Positions 36,397-49,305 of a stretch of DNA of 64,000 nucleotides are shown piece after piece. This DNA comes from Botryllus schlosseri. Taxonomy: Eukaryota. The notes under the pieces were generated by a model, which saw only the letters and a list, made by a program, of their open reading frames with translations, did no database searches and was not told where the DNA came from. The translations under genes and the position numbers were made by a program. The stretch covers positions 4,280,001 to 4,344,000 of the forward strand of contig CM119373.1 in NCBI GenBank assembly GCA_051294905.1, in the 5' to 3' direction. Position 1 is the first letter of the stretch. Each line of letters opens with the position of its first letter.

Positions 36397-39300
36397 TAGG
36401 GTTGTTCAGAATTGACCGACTTTCAAAAAGTCCAGGTTTTCAGTCCGATTCCCATGCCTTATACCTTAAAAACATATTCTAGCTACTTTTTTTTGTAACT
36501 CGTCCCCTGCATCCGTGTGCACATTGAGCTGGAAGAATAGCAGCTGAAAATAGGGGATTCCCCTAAAATCTGAGTGTCACGATTTTGCCTAGCCTAGTTA
36601 AAGTGACATATAACATGGATTTATGCCGCTGTTGCGGTTTGGAGTGCTACGAAACCCCACTATATAAGGCATTCCTAGTTCAGGATATCATTTCCATGTC
36701 CCACACTGCCTTAGAACTGCTCAAAACTACCTAAAACTGATAGTCATTTTGTTGGATCACATATCCTACACCCCTCAAACCTACCAGGCACTGTTCATCA
36801 ATTTCATGGATCCCCATGTGCAAGAATACAACTGTAAATGTAACATCCACTCACATCCACATAATAAACATCACAGGAAACGAAAAAATAAGGCAAAGAA
36901 AGAGATCAACTTGGCAAAATATTCCATAAATCAGGTGGATGAAATGGTTGCTTTCGAGAAATCTGCATATCTGTTCCGGTGATCTTCCACAGCTTGTAGG
37001 AGGCTCGCTCGCTGTTTTTTGTCATCCGTTATGAACGCAGCATAGTCGGTATTCAATTTTACCATACGCTCTGCTGCATCATTAACTACTTCAACAGTAT
37101 TCACAAATTCTTGAGTAGTGACGAAATCCGGATCAGTTACCATTCCGAAACTGGAAGACTCAATCAATCATGTTCCACATGTATAGCATCAAATAGAAAC
37201 CACGATTCTGGCCCAATCAAATCGACCATACTCATTGACTCAGAGACAGAGTCAGAGATCAGACTGAGAGGCATACCTCTGCGAAATTTTTCAGGGATTG
37301 GCATTTTCAGCAATTTAGCAGCCATCGCTTCCTTCAGTTTGTCAGGAATCTTTGGATTAGCCGAGAACATGGTAAATACCACCATTTCCTCAGTTAGATA
37401 CCAATGATGTTTTCGCAATTTCTTGTATGCCACATCAGCAACAGTGAGATCGCATAATGAAAAGTTTTTCATGTCATGAAGGAATTTGAGATCATTCCAA
37501 GGTGCGTCGCATGCAATACCAGTTTTCAACCAAGCTGGAACATAAAACAAAGCAATGAATGTATTGATTCGTTCCAACTTTTCAATGAACTCTTCAGAAT
37601 AGTCCCTTTGCTCACTCCACATGGACATTTTTTGACAGTACAGGACTTGACTCATCCATCTAGCGCTATGAGTAGCGCTTGCGAAAACGATGATTAACAT
37701 ATTTGTCATCCAAAATCGCCAAGGTGCCTGTTGCATATTCTCTGTAGTCATCTCTTATCAAGACTTCTTTCTGCTTTCCATCATTGGGTTTCATCAGTGG
37801 AATTATTTCTTGCTTTGCTTCATCAGCTTTCATCGCCAACCAGCTGCGCACAATAAACTTCAGCGTTTTATAGCTTCTTGATTTATCAATATGTTTCCAC
37901 TTCTTCTTGAAGGTATTAAAATCCGTGTTTTCAGGGCCTGTGGTTGTCGATCCAAACAAACACTTCCAAACCTCTCGAATGACCGGTTCATAAATATGAT
38001 GGCGACAGGCATTGTAGAAAACTTTCCTGTTAATCAATTCTTCAAGTAACTGAACCGCACCTTTGTTTTAACCAGTGTTTGAGGATGTTGTGTCAAACAC
38101 AAGAGCTGTAACAGATTTTGTTCAATTTCAAAGTTCCAGCAGTTCAAATGATGCATCAGCCTGTGCTTTTCCTGTAGCACTTTCCAGAGTTTGAATGCCA
38201 AGAAGTTTCCCTTTCTTAAATGCGTCGGAATACGCAGACGATGCGAGCACTGCCAAGGCCTCAAATTGATATCCTAGACGACTCTTAGTGAGCTTTCCAT
38301 CCCAGTGCAATGCAATGTGCTCTGGTGGTTTGGTGGATATTTTTTCAAAGATAGATTCGGAAATTTTCAAACGATTTGCAATGCGTCGTCGATAGGTCCC
38401 AGATCTTGAGAGATGGAAGTCATTAGGGTTGCCATCGCAAGCTTTAATCAGTGCTGCAGTTATCATGGTAGCGGCATTATCACTGACTTTCAAGCGATCG
38501 AAAACCTGGCATAGGTCTTCGTCGCTGAATAGGTTTACAGGAAGGAGCTTTTAGAGTCACAAATTTAGCGGAATGACCAGATGTTGACTGTGCAAGTTCA
38601 AAATCAGTGCTGTGAGAAGTGTCAGATACCTGTGAAGATATAGATGAGCTCTCTGTAAATTCACCTTCGCTACTTGATGCTGGTGCAGACTCTCTTGCAC
38701 TCATGGTCCGTCTCTTTTGTTGCATGATTTTCGCTTTCAACACTTTGTCTTTGCCACCAATCGTTGCTAATCTCGGACCCCTTTGATCCTGATAAAATGC
38801 TATGTCTTCACGTGTTTATCGTCAGAAAGAAGTCTACTTGCTTCAATTGTCGCTATCGCGTCAGGGGCTCCTATATCCCATAGCTTACTCAGTTTGGCTT
38901 CAAAGTCGCTTTGTTTTTTTGATACATATTGCCGGCCTGCAGTTTTCTTTAGTGACAGCCATTGTTTCCACACTGTTCCCAATCTTTTGGTGGCATTGAC
39001 TTTTGTGATAGTCTTTATGCCAGCAAGTAACCAAAAACCGATCACTTCATCTACTGCGATCTGGATGTGTGAGTGTGACTTGACTGGTTCATTTTTAAAA
39101 AATGAATGCTCTCTCAGGTGTAGCACATATTGCATAAGTTGCCTCAGAATGGCAACTTCGATCCCGTAATGGCTTTCTCAGATGGACCAACTAAGAAATG
39201 CTGTGTCTGCGATCGTGTTCTTCTAGTTTTCTTCGGTACTGCTGCACTAGATGACGATTTTCTTTTTTTTTTTCAGACATTTCGCACTACAGCTAATCCT

Positions 39301-40039
39301 AGAAAAACATATATACATAAACTCAGTCAAGCAACAAAGAATAGTGGAAAACATTTCAGTTCTTTTAGAGTTTTAGGTCGAACACATACTGCATAACTTG
39401 CACAGGAGTAGCCAGATTAGATCCAGTTATAGATTATCGAAGATAGTTATTCCTAAATTGGAAAAACTCATACCAGTATATTGATATCTTGGGATATAAC
39501 AAAAAATTTAGAGCAACCGACTGGCGGTTTTCCCCAGTCACTGGAATAGACATTTGCAAGCTTAGTTTCTATCCCAGTAGAAAGGAAAAGAGTATCAGGT
39601 CTATTATATCAAATAGTTGTATACTGCTATAATACTATGTTCACTAATCACGCGCTAAACTCGCTAATAGCATGAGTCAAAACGCCGCCTGATAAGTCCT
39701 GCACCTCAATCGTAAACACAGTCCATCAACAACAAAGCAGCAAGGCACCTGACTAATCAATGATCCCCGTTTCACAGCCGTGCTCAGCGCTTCATCAGCG
39801 CTAGAACATACGCGTCACGTCAATGAGAACACACGCCATTCCTGTCGAGTCACTGACAACGGGGGAGTCCCCTAACTCCGAAGAAATTTTTAGGTGCATG
39901 AGAAAACGGCAATGTGCACACGGATGCAGGGGATGAATTACAAAAAAAAGTTGCCAGAATTTGTTTTTAAGGTATAAGGCATGGGAAACGGACTGAAAAC
40001 CTAGACTTTTTTAAAGTCGGTCAATTCTGAACAACCCTA
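36397..40039 (-). mobile_element. Formerly autonomous hATm-type DNA transposon
   Basis: ~130-bp TIR starting TAGGGTTGTTCAGAATTGACCGAC; perfect TSD ATGTGCGT; internal transposase remnants. Confidence 0.92.
36931..39280 (-). pseudogene. hATm-type transposase, frameshifted
   Basis: Ordered motifs GSKLP, LHWDGK, VFDTTSSNTG*, ACRHHIYE, HSARWM, HWYLTEE, VVNDAAER over successive broken ORFs. Confidence 0.88.
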
Positions 40040-40399
40040 ATGTGCGTACATAGTATGCTAAGTGAGATGTCATTGTGACGTAATATAAGCGTGTTTTGTA
40101 TGCTTGGTAATTATGGCTCACGTAATTGGAAATGTAAAATGTTATTTACCTAATTTCCTATGGGTTAGGATTAAGGATAGGGTGCAATGTCGTTGAAAAA
40201 GTATCATAACATATGCACGTGTTGGATTTGCGTATATAGTATATAATTAAAGAAATAATATTATTTTTATCGAGGGACGTAGGAATTAGGATGAGGAGTG
40301 AAAACAAAACCGTGCTTTGTCAGATAAGACGTTATATAATATCCAGTGGTATGGTTAGTTAGCCAGACGAAATAACGATGCAGCATCGTGATCTGAAAT

Positions 40400-40970
40400 C
40401 GTATTGTAGATTGCCAACCCACGGATAGATGCCCAAGATGTGAGTCACGGATGAATGCACCGTCAAACGTACTGCAGAGCCGGCTAAAAGCAGCAAACTT
40501 TGTGGTCCTAGAGCTGGCGATCCATGCGTCCAAATTTGATGCATCTGTTCTTTATCGTAAGCTATTGATGTACTAATTCCGAAAATACAAAATAAAATCT
40601 CGTCAGGGCAATGTAACTGCGCCAAAATAGCCGTTTAAGGACGACTGTTCTGAAAAGTGAGAGCGCTGCAGCAGCATGACCACAACAATTACCAATTACG
40701 CCTAGCGATTGTTCAGAACAATGCCGATTCCCAGACTTTCACGACTATTTTGGGATGGTACCATTGCCTGGAAATATACTTTTATTGCGGAATCAGTGCG
40801 ACACTAGCTTTCGATTAGGACCATACATATCAAATTTCGACGCTTGGATCGCCAGCTATGGGAATATCAATTCTGCTGCTTTTAGCCGGCTCAGCAGTTC
40901 GCTTCTCGGCGTATTCAATCGTGAGTCACGTGTTGCGAATCCATCCGTTGGTTAGTAATCTAAAAATTGT
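40400..40970. mobile_element. Diverged foldback MITE
   Basis: ~40400-40615 inverted against ~40762-40970 (GAGCCGGCTAAAAGCAGCA / TGCTGCTTTTAGCCGGCTC); inner arm resembles 8130-8711. Confidence 0.7.
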
Positions 40971-42046
40971 ATACAATGGCAGCCTAGGCCAGCATAGCGG
41001 TAAAAATAGAAAAAAACTTCGCCCGCAAGGGCTCAGTCAAGGGCTTCCGCGAATGGATCCACCAAATTCCTTGTCGACATTTAAAGAGAATGCATTATAA
41101 GTCAATTATTTTATATGTGCTTGTCAGGTCTCAATAGCAATTTAATGTAATTGAAATTGTAATTGAGCAAAATTTTAGTCAAATTACAATTACAATTACA
41201 ATTACACAAACTAAAAATGCTTCAATTACAATTACATTACAATTACATTGAAAAATGTAATTAATTACATTCAATTACAATTACAAATTACAATTGATCC
41301 AACTCTGCTGTCCACTATATCGTCAATCCTAATGGAAGGTCAAGAACTAACAGCATCCAACTAATTACATGTCTAATACCAATTGGCCAACTCGAATATG
41401 AATCATCATTTATACCCTGCCCTATATTTTCGAAAACACTCCCTCCGTCATCTTTACCGGTGAATCTGATCACATGGGCTGGGAAAGGATAAATATCTGA
41501 TAGCAATATGTGAAACCACTGATATTAATGATGAAATTCATACCTGCATCTGAATTTTTTTCGCGATTCGCGCGACCATAATGTAACCCAGTTGCTATTC
41601 ATATTATGACCACTCTTCAATTCAGTATTTACAGTAAGCCGATAGGTGAAAGTACATTAGTCCGGAGTCCACCAGACATGGACATGGACAGTTTAACATG
41701 TGTATTTGGTATCCAGATAGTTCATTTCAGCTATGGCCTGGAATGCGGCCGTGGGCTACATAAGTAATCGAAATGCGGCCGAGAATATCAAAACGGTTGC
41801 CTCCCCCCCTGTTCCGGGAGTACGCTACTGCACACGATGTACCACAACAACAGCCACAATTCGACTACTGATCGGGTCTAATTGCCTGCAACCAATGACG
41901 ACCAAGACGAGCGTATTATCATATGTTGAGTGTGTGTGTGTTGACCTCCGTGGACCACCTGAGAAGGCTCAGCGAACCTCCAGTGTTCCATGCAACACCT
42001 TCCAGAACCAGAGCTATACAAGTTAACGAAACCCTTGTAATTTCAG

Positions 42047-42681
42047 TGTGCAACAATTCCATCTTCAAATTCCCGAATAAAAACCATCTGGACTACGTCC
42101 AGTACAGCGGCACGCTACAGAGTATGACGTCGTTTTCCACATGTTTCTGGATAAGTTCAGTGAACGAAAGCAAACCGGCGAAGGGCTCAATTATAAGTTA
42201 CTGCGCATTTGGTTCAGCATATTGTAATACTTTCGAAGTGGAAGTGTATCGAGACAAACTGAAGTACCGGATTGAGAAGAGACAGGTTTCGTATCCCATG
42301 ACGCGCATGATTATTCATCGGACTCATATATGTCTAGTCATAGAACGGTCCGCATTTCAAATATACATTAACGACACCGTGATCGCCGGCACACACCGAA
42401 CGTCCGCACTATTACCAGGAGGTGGACTGCTGATTTTTGGTCAGAATCAAGACCACGGTTTCGTTGGTGTTAGGCCTGGAAAACTGGACCATCCTCAACA
42501 GGGTTTCTATGGTATATTGGAAGGTTTACGTATCTGGAATAAAGCTCTCAATGCATCTGAAATACACCGTATGTATGGATGCGACGGAAGCAGTTGTGAG
42601 GATGACGCGATCGTGACTGTTAACCAATTGAACACATGCTTGCAAGGTCACGTGATTGCAAACTGCAGTGTACCTTGTTAA
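42047..42681 (+). CDS. Pentraxin-domain terminal exon, open frame
   Basis: TTTCAG phase-1 acceptor; FKFP...YV...SFSTCFWI...IISYC...THICLV...IYIND...LPGGGLLIFGQNQD...FYGILEGLRIWNKAL; TAA stop. Confidence 0.85.
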
Positions 42682-44149
42682 GGGGTATAAGCTATATGTC
42701 ATCTATGAAATCAGCATTTTGTATGATTCGAGAACTCTGATTAGAATACATTTTCAATGCAATTTCATCTGTTTTTGATATTGTCCTCATATATGAATCG
42801 TATACTCAGTCTTTAAAATTGGTTTGCGACTAATTGATCGCTGGATATAAACTGATGTATTTATATTCATGCACTACGCCTATTAAGTACATAATTGCGT
42901 TATCGCGGAAGTTGTTGGTTGTTGGAGTAAAGACTACTAGTATGTGTCGATCGTGATGTCTCTCATTACTCCAAATGCGCCGTGTCTGTTACTGCATCAT
43001 CGAACCAAAAGAAACGGGATATCCTGACATGGTACGTTTAGATCAGTTGTTCCGAACCTTCACTAACCTGGCAAAGCTTCCGGTGAACCCTAAATTATTG
43101 ATGACTCAAAGGAGAAACTCCTTCATATTACACATCTTATACACTACTATAGAATAATAGGGCACAAATTATTAAAAGTTTGCACCAACAAAACAACAAA
43201 CGTTAGTGCACGTAAGTATAGATGAAATGGCATCAGTCAATATTGGGGTGCAATTGGTAATTATGTAACAAACATTACTTGAGTAACTAAATAAGTCAGC
43301 ACTCATCAACCATATCTATGCAACTCCAAATAAAGTAGAAGTAGGCCTACTCCCGTTATTGAATAATAGTTCAAAACTTTGATCCATCGTCAACAGCATA
43401 AAATCAGCGATTTCCAGGTATGCACGAAGAGGATAGTGATAGATAGCCAGGGCTCTTTTCCAGTTGAACAGTGTGTCTTAACCTTTCTTTAGCGTGTAAG
43501 CCCCTTCGGGGGGTTGCGTGGAACCCCTAACCAATACGTATCACTTCTGCATAGCACTAATCACAGCCTCACATTGCAATCTGGTCTAGCTGTTGACTAA
43601 AAAGCGACCTAATCACTAAGAAATGTCTTCACCATGACTCATGACCAGTACTGAGCGCTGAAAATAGAAATGAGGATGAAAGTAAAAAATAAGAACAGAT
43701 CTTATAGATAAATATGTAGTTTTATAGTTTTGTCTCAAAACTGATCTTTAACGGAGCCCGTAAATATAGACGCGGACCCATCATAGATACAGGAATTGGG
43801 CAGCCGTGCAAGGCCTTATAAGGCTATTCCTGCACCGTCCTCGTCCAGCGGCAGTACATTGTAAATGTACATCATAAAATGTACATCATGCACTCATGTT
43901 CGGCTATATGCATATATGCACTTATGCACAGATTGATGTGTATGTATTTTGTATCATGATTCAGCGTATATGTGGCCAAATATCAAAAACAAAAATATAA
44001 AGCATCGCCTCTTCTATTCCATGGGGTTCATGGAGCCCATGTTAAGATCCTCTGCGTTACGCTGTTACTTTCCTTCCGTTATATATTTGCCACAACTACG
44101 GCACAGATTTTCGTGGGATAATTGTTACTTGAATTCTATGCACATTTTC

Positions 44150-44409
44150 AAATAAATATTCATTCGTACATGTATCCATCAAATAGAGGCGGTGCGCGCC
44201 ACTTAAGTTGTCACATGACGATGAAGCTACATTTACCCGTGCTAATACTGTCTTTTTTCCAAACAGCGTGGGCTTTCGTGGGCTTTTTTTATCGTCGTAG
44301 GAACGGCGACGGCGGGGCAAGAGTAGCCCACATGAAGCTCCGACGGGAATCGAACCGGGGCCCCCGATTCGTGGGCGCTTATGGTTACCACTACGCTATC
44401 TTCCCCGCC
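44150..44409 (-). mobile_element. Second tRNA-derived SINE family
   Basis: A box TAGCGTAGTGG and B box GGTTCGATTCC on minus; no acceptor stem; continues into a non-tRNA body; 3' end approximate. Confidence 0.6.
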
Positions 44410-46158
44410 CCACCATCGAATTTTCGACTTAGTCGCTTAATACTATCTGATATTCCAGTTGCACGGTATGTTTTCTCGTTCGGTGTTCATTGTATGATGC
44501 GGATATCCGATTTACCTCCGCATTCGTTTCATGCGTCATCTTCAAGAGATCAACACTGTAAACCAGTGGTTCTTGACCTTGCCTCCAGCGCCCCCCAAGG
44601 GGCACTGGCGTGTTCGAAGGGGGCGGAAACGCTCAGGGGGCGATATGAGGTGCGCTGGGCTCACGGGGGCAATATGGGGGAGGGGGCTGATGGAAAATGG
44701 CTTCGCAGTAGTATATGATGATGTAGTAGTAGGACATATCCTTAATGATTATTCGGAGCAAATTAACATTCCATAATACATGTCAAATTTCGAAATGTTT
44801 GGTCGCGATACGCGGCGACGTTTGCTACATATTTTTTCATAAATCTAGTGGGTTGTTATATTTCATATAAAATGGATTGCGCATACTTTTAGATCGCCAA
44901 TTTCCCGTTAAAACACTACCGTCACGCTTGCTAGGGTTATGATACTATCCCCGTATTGCCAATCCCGTGAATTCGGGATGCGTACATCTGGTTCGAATCA
45001 CAGGGTATGAGACCGGACCCGATTGTTATTATAACAACCTAGATTTGACCCTGAATATACCACATACACAAAGTCCCGAAAAGACCGACTGGATTTGAAC
45101 TCTTACCAGGACCTAAACTGCTGCTACCCAATCCCACAATCGCGGGGGGGGGGAGAGCTCGAAGGGTGCCTTAAATTATTGCGGTGAATGAACATAAATT
45201 CCACATCATGTTTTGACGACTCCCCGCATAATTATAGCAAATAAAAATAAGCATTTCAGCGTCGTCCATTATCACGCCACGATGCACAACGACATATGAA
45301 GTTCCTGCGAATATGGGTCTCCGAGAAGTGTGCCAAAATATTGTCAGCGAGAAAACTTTAGCCAAAGAGGATTGCTCTTACGTTGATCGTATACTTCGAT
45401 GTATATAAGTCTAATTGTCCATTGGTGTTTAAATCGCCCGTGCCGAATCATCACGTCGTCAAAATCTGTACCAAACACCCCTTTTGAATCATGTGCTTAG
45501 TTAAGTTTAATACGTTTATGCGTTTCAATATCTTTTGACTGTATAGCGGACAAGAGGTAACAAAAGAACAACATGTAATGAAGTAATTGTACCAACGGCC
45601 ACGCCCGAATATGTTTAATTATTAATTACGTGGCCTGCATTTTCCAAGACTACAGCTCGTTCAGCGCTACTGGTAAATCTGATCACGTTGGCTGAGAGAA
45701 TAAGACATATATATGCATTTACCACCTATTCATTCATGCATTATAGAACATTTTGGCGCGTAAAGCGACCAGGCTACAAAAACTTTGCTGACCATCGAAA
45801 TCACGCGACGGGGTTTTTGGGCCCGAAGTCTCCAGAAGTTTGGTTTATGACGGTATGGGTGACCAAGACAATCGTTGTTTTAGGGGGACTGACGAAGTGC
45901 TGTTACGTAGGGTTACCATATTTTGGAATCGCAAACGGGGGACACTTTTTCAAAATTTTCAGACTTACAATACGTGAGTAAAATCCGGAAAAGGTGGTAA
46001 ACTTATCACAAAATTGCGGTTGGGTACCTAAAAAAAAGAGTCAGCTTTCAGGCTCAACTCCCGAAATACAGTTTTGCTTCTAGATTTTCCGCTGGTTGAC
46101 TGAAAAAAAGTCGTCGCTTACGTTCGAAACACGATTTCCTGTTCAGCATCATTTATGC

Positions 46159-47272
46159 TAGGGATGGTGTGAACCTCTGAAAGGTTCTGGTTCGTGTGAA
46201 CGCGAACCTTTTTGAAAGGTTCTGTGTGAACACGAACGTGAACCTCGTGACGTCATATTGCTAATTCCAACCCTATCTTTCAATGACGTGATAGCCTATA
46301 TTAATGTACACGATACCCAGCGAAGACACGGGCCACATAATGTCGCATTGCTGAAGTACATATTAGCGTTTTAAACGTCGCTAAATGTATCAACCGCGGT
46401 TATCAAAGGATATAATAATCTCATAAAATCAATACATTCCATCAATTTGCCAACAATTTCGACGAGGACTTACAGGGAATATAAGCTTACGCCTTAACGG
46501 TCTTAGCCAGACCGGACAATGTGTCCGGAATCTGAGTATTGCTACATTGATATTGAGCAGAGTGTAAAACGGGTTTCTATACTCGCTACCGATATAATAA
46601 ACAACAAGTTATATAGCAGTAGCCAGCACCTTAATCGCACGGATTTGGTTTTATTGATACAGTAAAGATATGAAGTCGAGATTGACCCCGTACACCCGCT
46701 CGATTTTTTACATCAGAAAACGATATCAATGTCATTGATTGGTTGAATAAGCATCATTCGCTGACTACGTATATCGCTCGTGATGTTGTGTGATTGCGGG
46801 TCAAGCTTACAGCAGAGAGTCACTAAATATTCACAAACGGAAAGCTGGATATTTCGAGAAATTTTTGAATACTTTGTTGCGCCGATGGCAGACGATATAT
46901 ATAAACGTAAGACCTTGATAGCTTTCACACCCTATTTGACGTCCACTTGTATGAATATAACTTTATTAGTTACACGAGCTTTCGGCAACTTTTGGTAACA
47001 AAAAAGCAAGTACCGGTAAAACTTTTAAGGTTGTCAGGGTGCATGCTCGTTTAGTGTTGATTTTTTATGCTGCCAGCGCCATGCATAGAGTGACCCGCAG
47101 TTGAAATGCAATAAATTTGAACCAAAGATCTTATAATGAAGTGCTAATTACAATTTACCAAAAAGGTTCACAGTGCAGAACCTACCAAGGTTCTGTTGTG
47201 AACGCGAACCTCTAAATTTCCGAGGTTCACACACAGAACGCGAACGTGAACCTCACGTTCACACCATCCCTA
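46159..47272. mobile_element. TAGGGATG hAT MITE, inverted relative to 33985-34984
   Basis: TIR TAGGGATGGTGTGAAC; TSD ATTTATGC. Confidence 0.9.
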
Positions 47273-47474
47273 ATTTATGCCCATTTTTACTCGAAATTAT
47301 CCACTATCTTAGCTTTAAAAGCTGTCAAGGAGGACGAATTGCCATAAAGGAGGACATTTAGGCGTCATCGAAGGACATTTTCAAAAGCCTGAAAAAGGAG
47401 GATAATATAAGGGTGGGGGCCGCTAGAGCACGATAATTTCTGAAAGGGGGCGCTGGAAGAAAAAAGGTTAAGAA

Positions 47475-49305
47475 TAGGGTGGAGTGAAAAATGATTTCAA
47501 AAAAGTGTCTTGATATGTGGTGCCAAATAGCAAATAATTATATTCGATCATAATTTTGGGTTCATACACCTTCTAGTGGTGGTGCACTTTCACCGAACGA
47601 TCCGAAAATAGCCAATTTCACCATATCTTGACAACCTCTTACACTAGAAAGCTAGTTTTGGGCTTAAAAGATGCAGAAGCAACATGTTTCTATCTCACTT
47701 CCATAGAACTTACTCTTAAAAATGAACAGAAAAAAAGTTACAAGCAAATTACTGATTTTATAGGTGAAATTAAGCACTGAAGCAGTGTAGGATGCCAAAA
47801 GCGTGTAGTGGTTGATCTCATGACTGAGCAACATACTCCATAAATTACAACCCCGCATAGCTGAAATCTTGGTAACTGCAAGTCTTCGGACACTTTTCTT
47901 CTCGTCACCTAGCATTCCCAGCATAACATTTTCCGGGTGTCAAAAATAAGCATTTCTTTGTAGCACATATAGTGCAAGAGAACGCATTCACGTATCAGGC
48001 AGCTTTGTGACACGGGAAACTATATTGTAGAAAGTTTTTGCACCATCAACAATGAAATTTTGCATTTTTATTTCAAACCATGCCACAAAATAGACCTTCA
48101 TGCAGAATTGAGCAAGACAGTTCAGATTTCTCGATGGATGACTCTGTCCCACATAGTACCTTATAAATTTGGCATGTGAGAGTCAACCATCTTGTACGGA
48201 CGATCAGCCCAGCCTCTAAATATTGCAGATCTGGTTCCAATTGATGACTTTGAAGGGGCAACATTGACACAAGCATCAGATTCTTCCAAATTCCAATTAT
48301 GAACATCGCGGCTACATCTTTTAAATTGGCAACTCAAACATCAAACATATTGAACAGCCGCCTGCTGCCCTGTAATCAAGACCTTGTCAGATCTCGAGCT
48401 GGAAAACCTAAGATCATCACCATTATAGCTCAGTTATCGTTGCCACAACCAGGCAGTGGAAAGACAAGTGACAGTGGTGACTGAGGCATCTGCCCATGTT
48501 TCAGGATTCAAACGTAGAGATGGCCTCATCAGACAAAAACTAAGTCTCGAAAGCAGATGAAATCTTTCAATACTAAACATGATTGTAATGTTTGTGCAGC
48601 CTGATAACCTGTGATGCTACTACTAATGTTTTCTGTTTCCAATATAGAATTGATATTTGTGTTTTGAATTAGGATTTCCAATTTTTGTGTTTTCAATCAG
48701 GAGCTTTGTGCTACATGTGATACAAACCCTAGTACAGCATGTTGGTAAGTAATCTCTTTACAGTCACTGTTTTAAACTTAACGAAATCACGAGGCCACAC
48801 TACCGATGAACGCCGTTTTAGGTACAGTTTTAGAAGTCACCATTGATGCCCGAGCCCTATTTATACTTGGAGGCCTGGAGGGGGCTTCATTTGTCTGAGC
48901 AAGTTTTGAAAAATAGTTGTAATTGATAGGGTATGTTGCTCAGTCATAAGATTAATCACTACACGCTTTTGACATCCTACCCACTGCTTCAGTGCCTAAT
49001 TTTACCTATAAAATCGCTAATTTGCTTGTAACTTTTTTTCTGGTCATTTTTAAGAGAAAGTTCTATCGAAGTGAGATAGAAACATGTTGCTTCTGCATCT
49101 TTTAAGCCCAAAACTAGCTTTCTAGTGTAAGAGGTTATCAAGATATGGTGAAATTGGCTGTTTTCGGCTCGTTCGGTGAAGGTGCACGACCACTAGAGGG
49201 TGTATGAACCCAAAATTATGATAGAATTTATTTATTTGCTATTTGGCACCACATATCAAGTGACTTTTTTGAAATTCAAAAATTTTCATTTTTCACTCCA
49301 CCCTA
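47475..49305. mobile_element. hATx-type deletion derivative with ~300-bp TIRs and a rearranged transposase remnant
   Basis: TAGGGTGGAGTGAAAAATGA TIR; TSD GTTAAGAA; RWLT...QRNAYF*HPENVMLGML on minus, CHNQAVER...TEAS...RDGLIR on plus. Confidence 0.88.

Larger units (their letters stand above)
36095..41307. mobile_element. hAT MITE with (ATTACA)n subterminal arrays, expanded by nested elements
   Basis: TIR CAGAGTTGGATCAATT...AATTGATCCAACTCTG; perfect TSD CTGTCCAC; fragment of the same family at ~6500-6720. Confidence 0.9.
35971..41496 (-). pseudogene. Decayed LamG-3-like exon split by a 5.2-kb insertion (pieces 41496-41308 and 36094-35971)
   Basis: Joining across TSD CTGTCCAC gives ...IRFTGKDDGGSVFE...SWPIGIRH / SGQIVDHPNV...EELTIPNWYFYIGGIIYSSGRIYY with a frameshift and stop. 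Confidence 0.35.

Noticed and set aside
41923..42046. N-terminal extensions of the pentraxin ORFs in the ORF track (also 52682-52706)
   Set aside because: Protein-level similarity among the paralogs begins at a shared TTTCAG phase-1 acceptor; the upstream in-frame sequence is intron.
44335..44409. Possible tRNA gene
   Set aside because: A and B boxes are present, but there is no pairing acceptor stem and it runs into a SINE-like body. The same applies to 32800-32870.
44122..44718. 198-aa ORF
   Set aside because: Made of an antisense SINE plus a MITE end; no recognisable protein motif.
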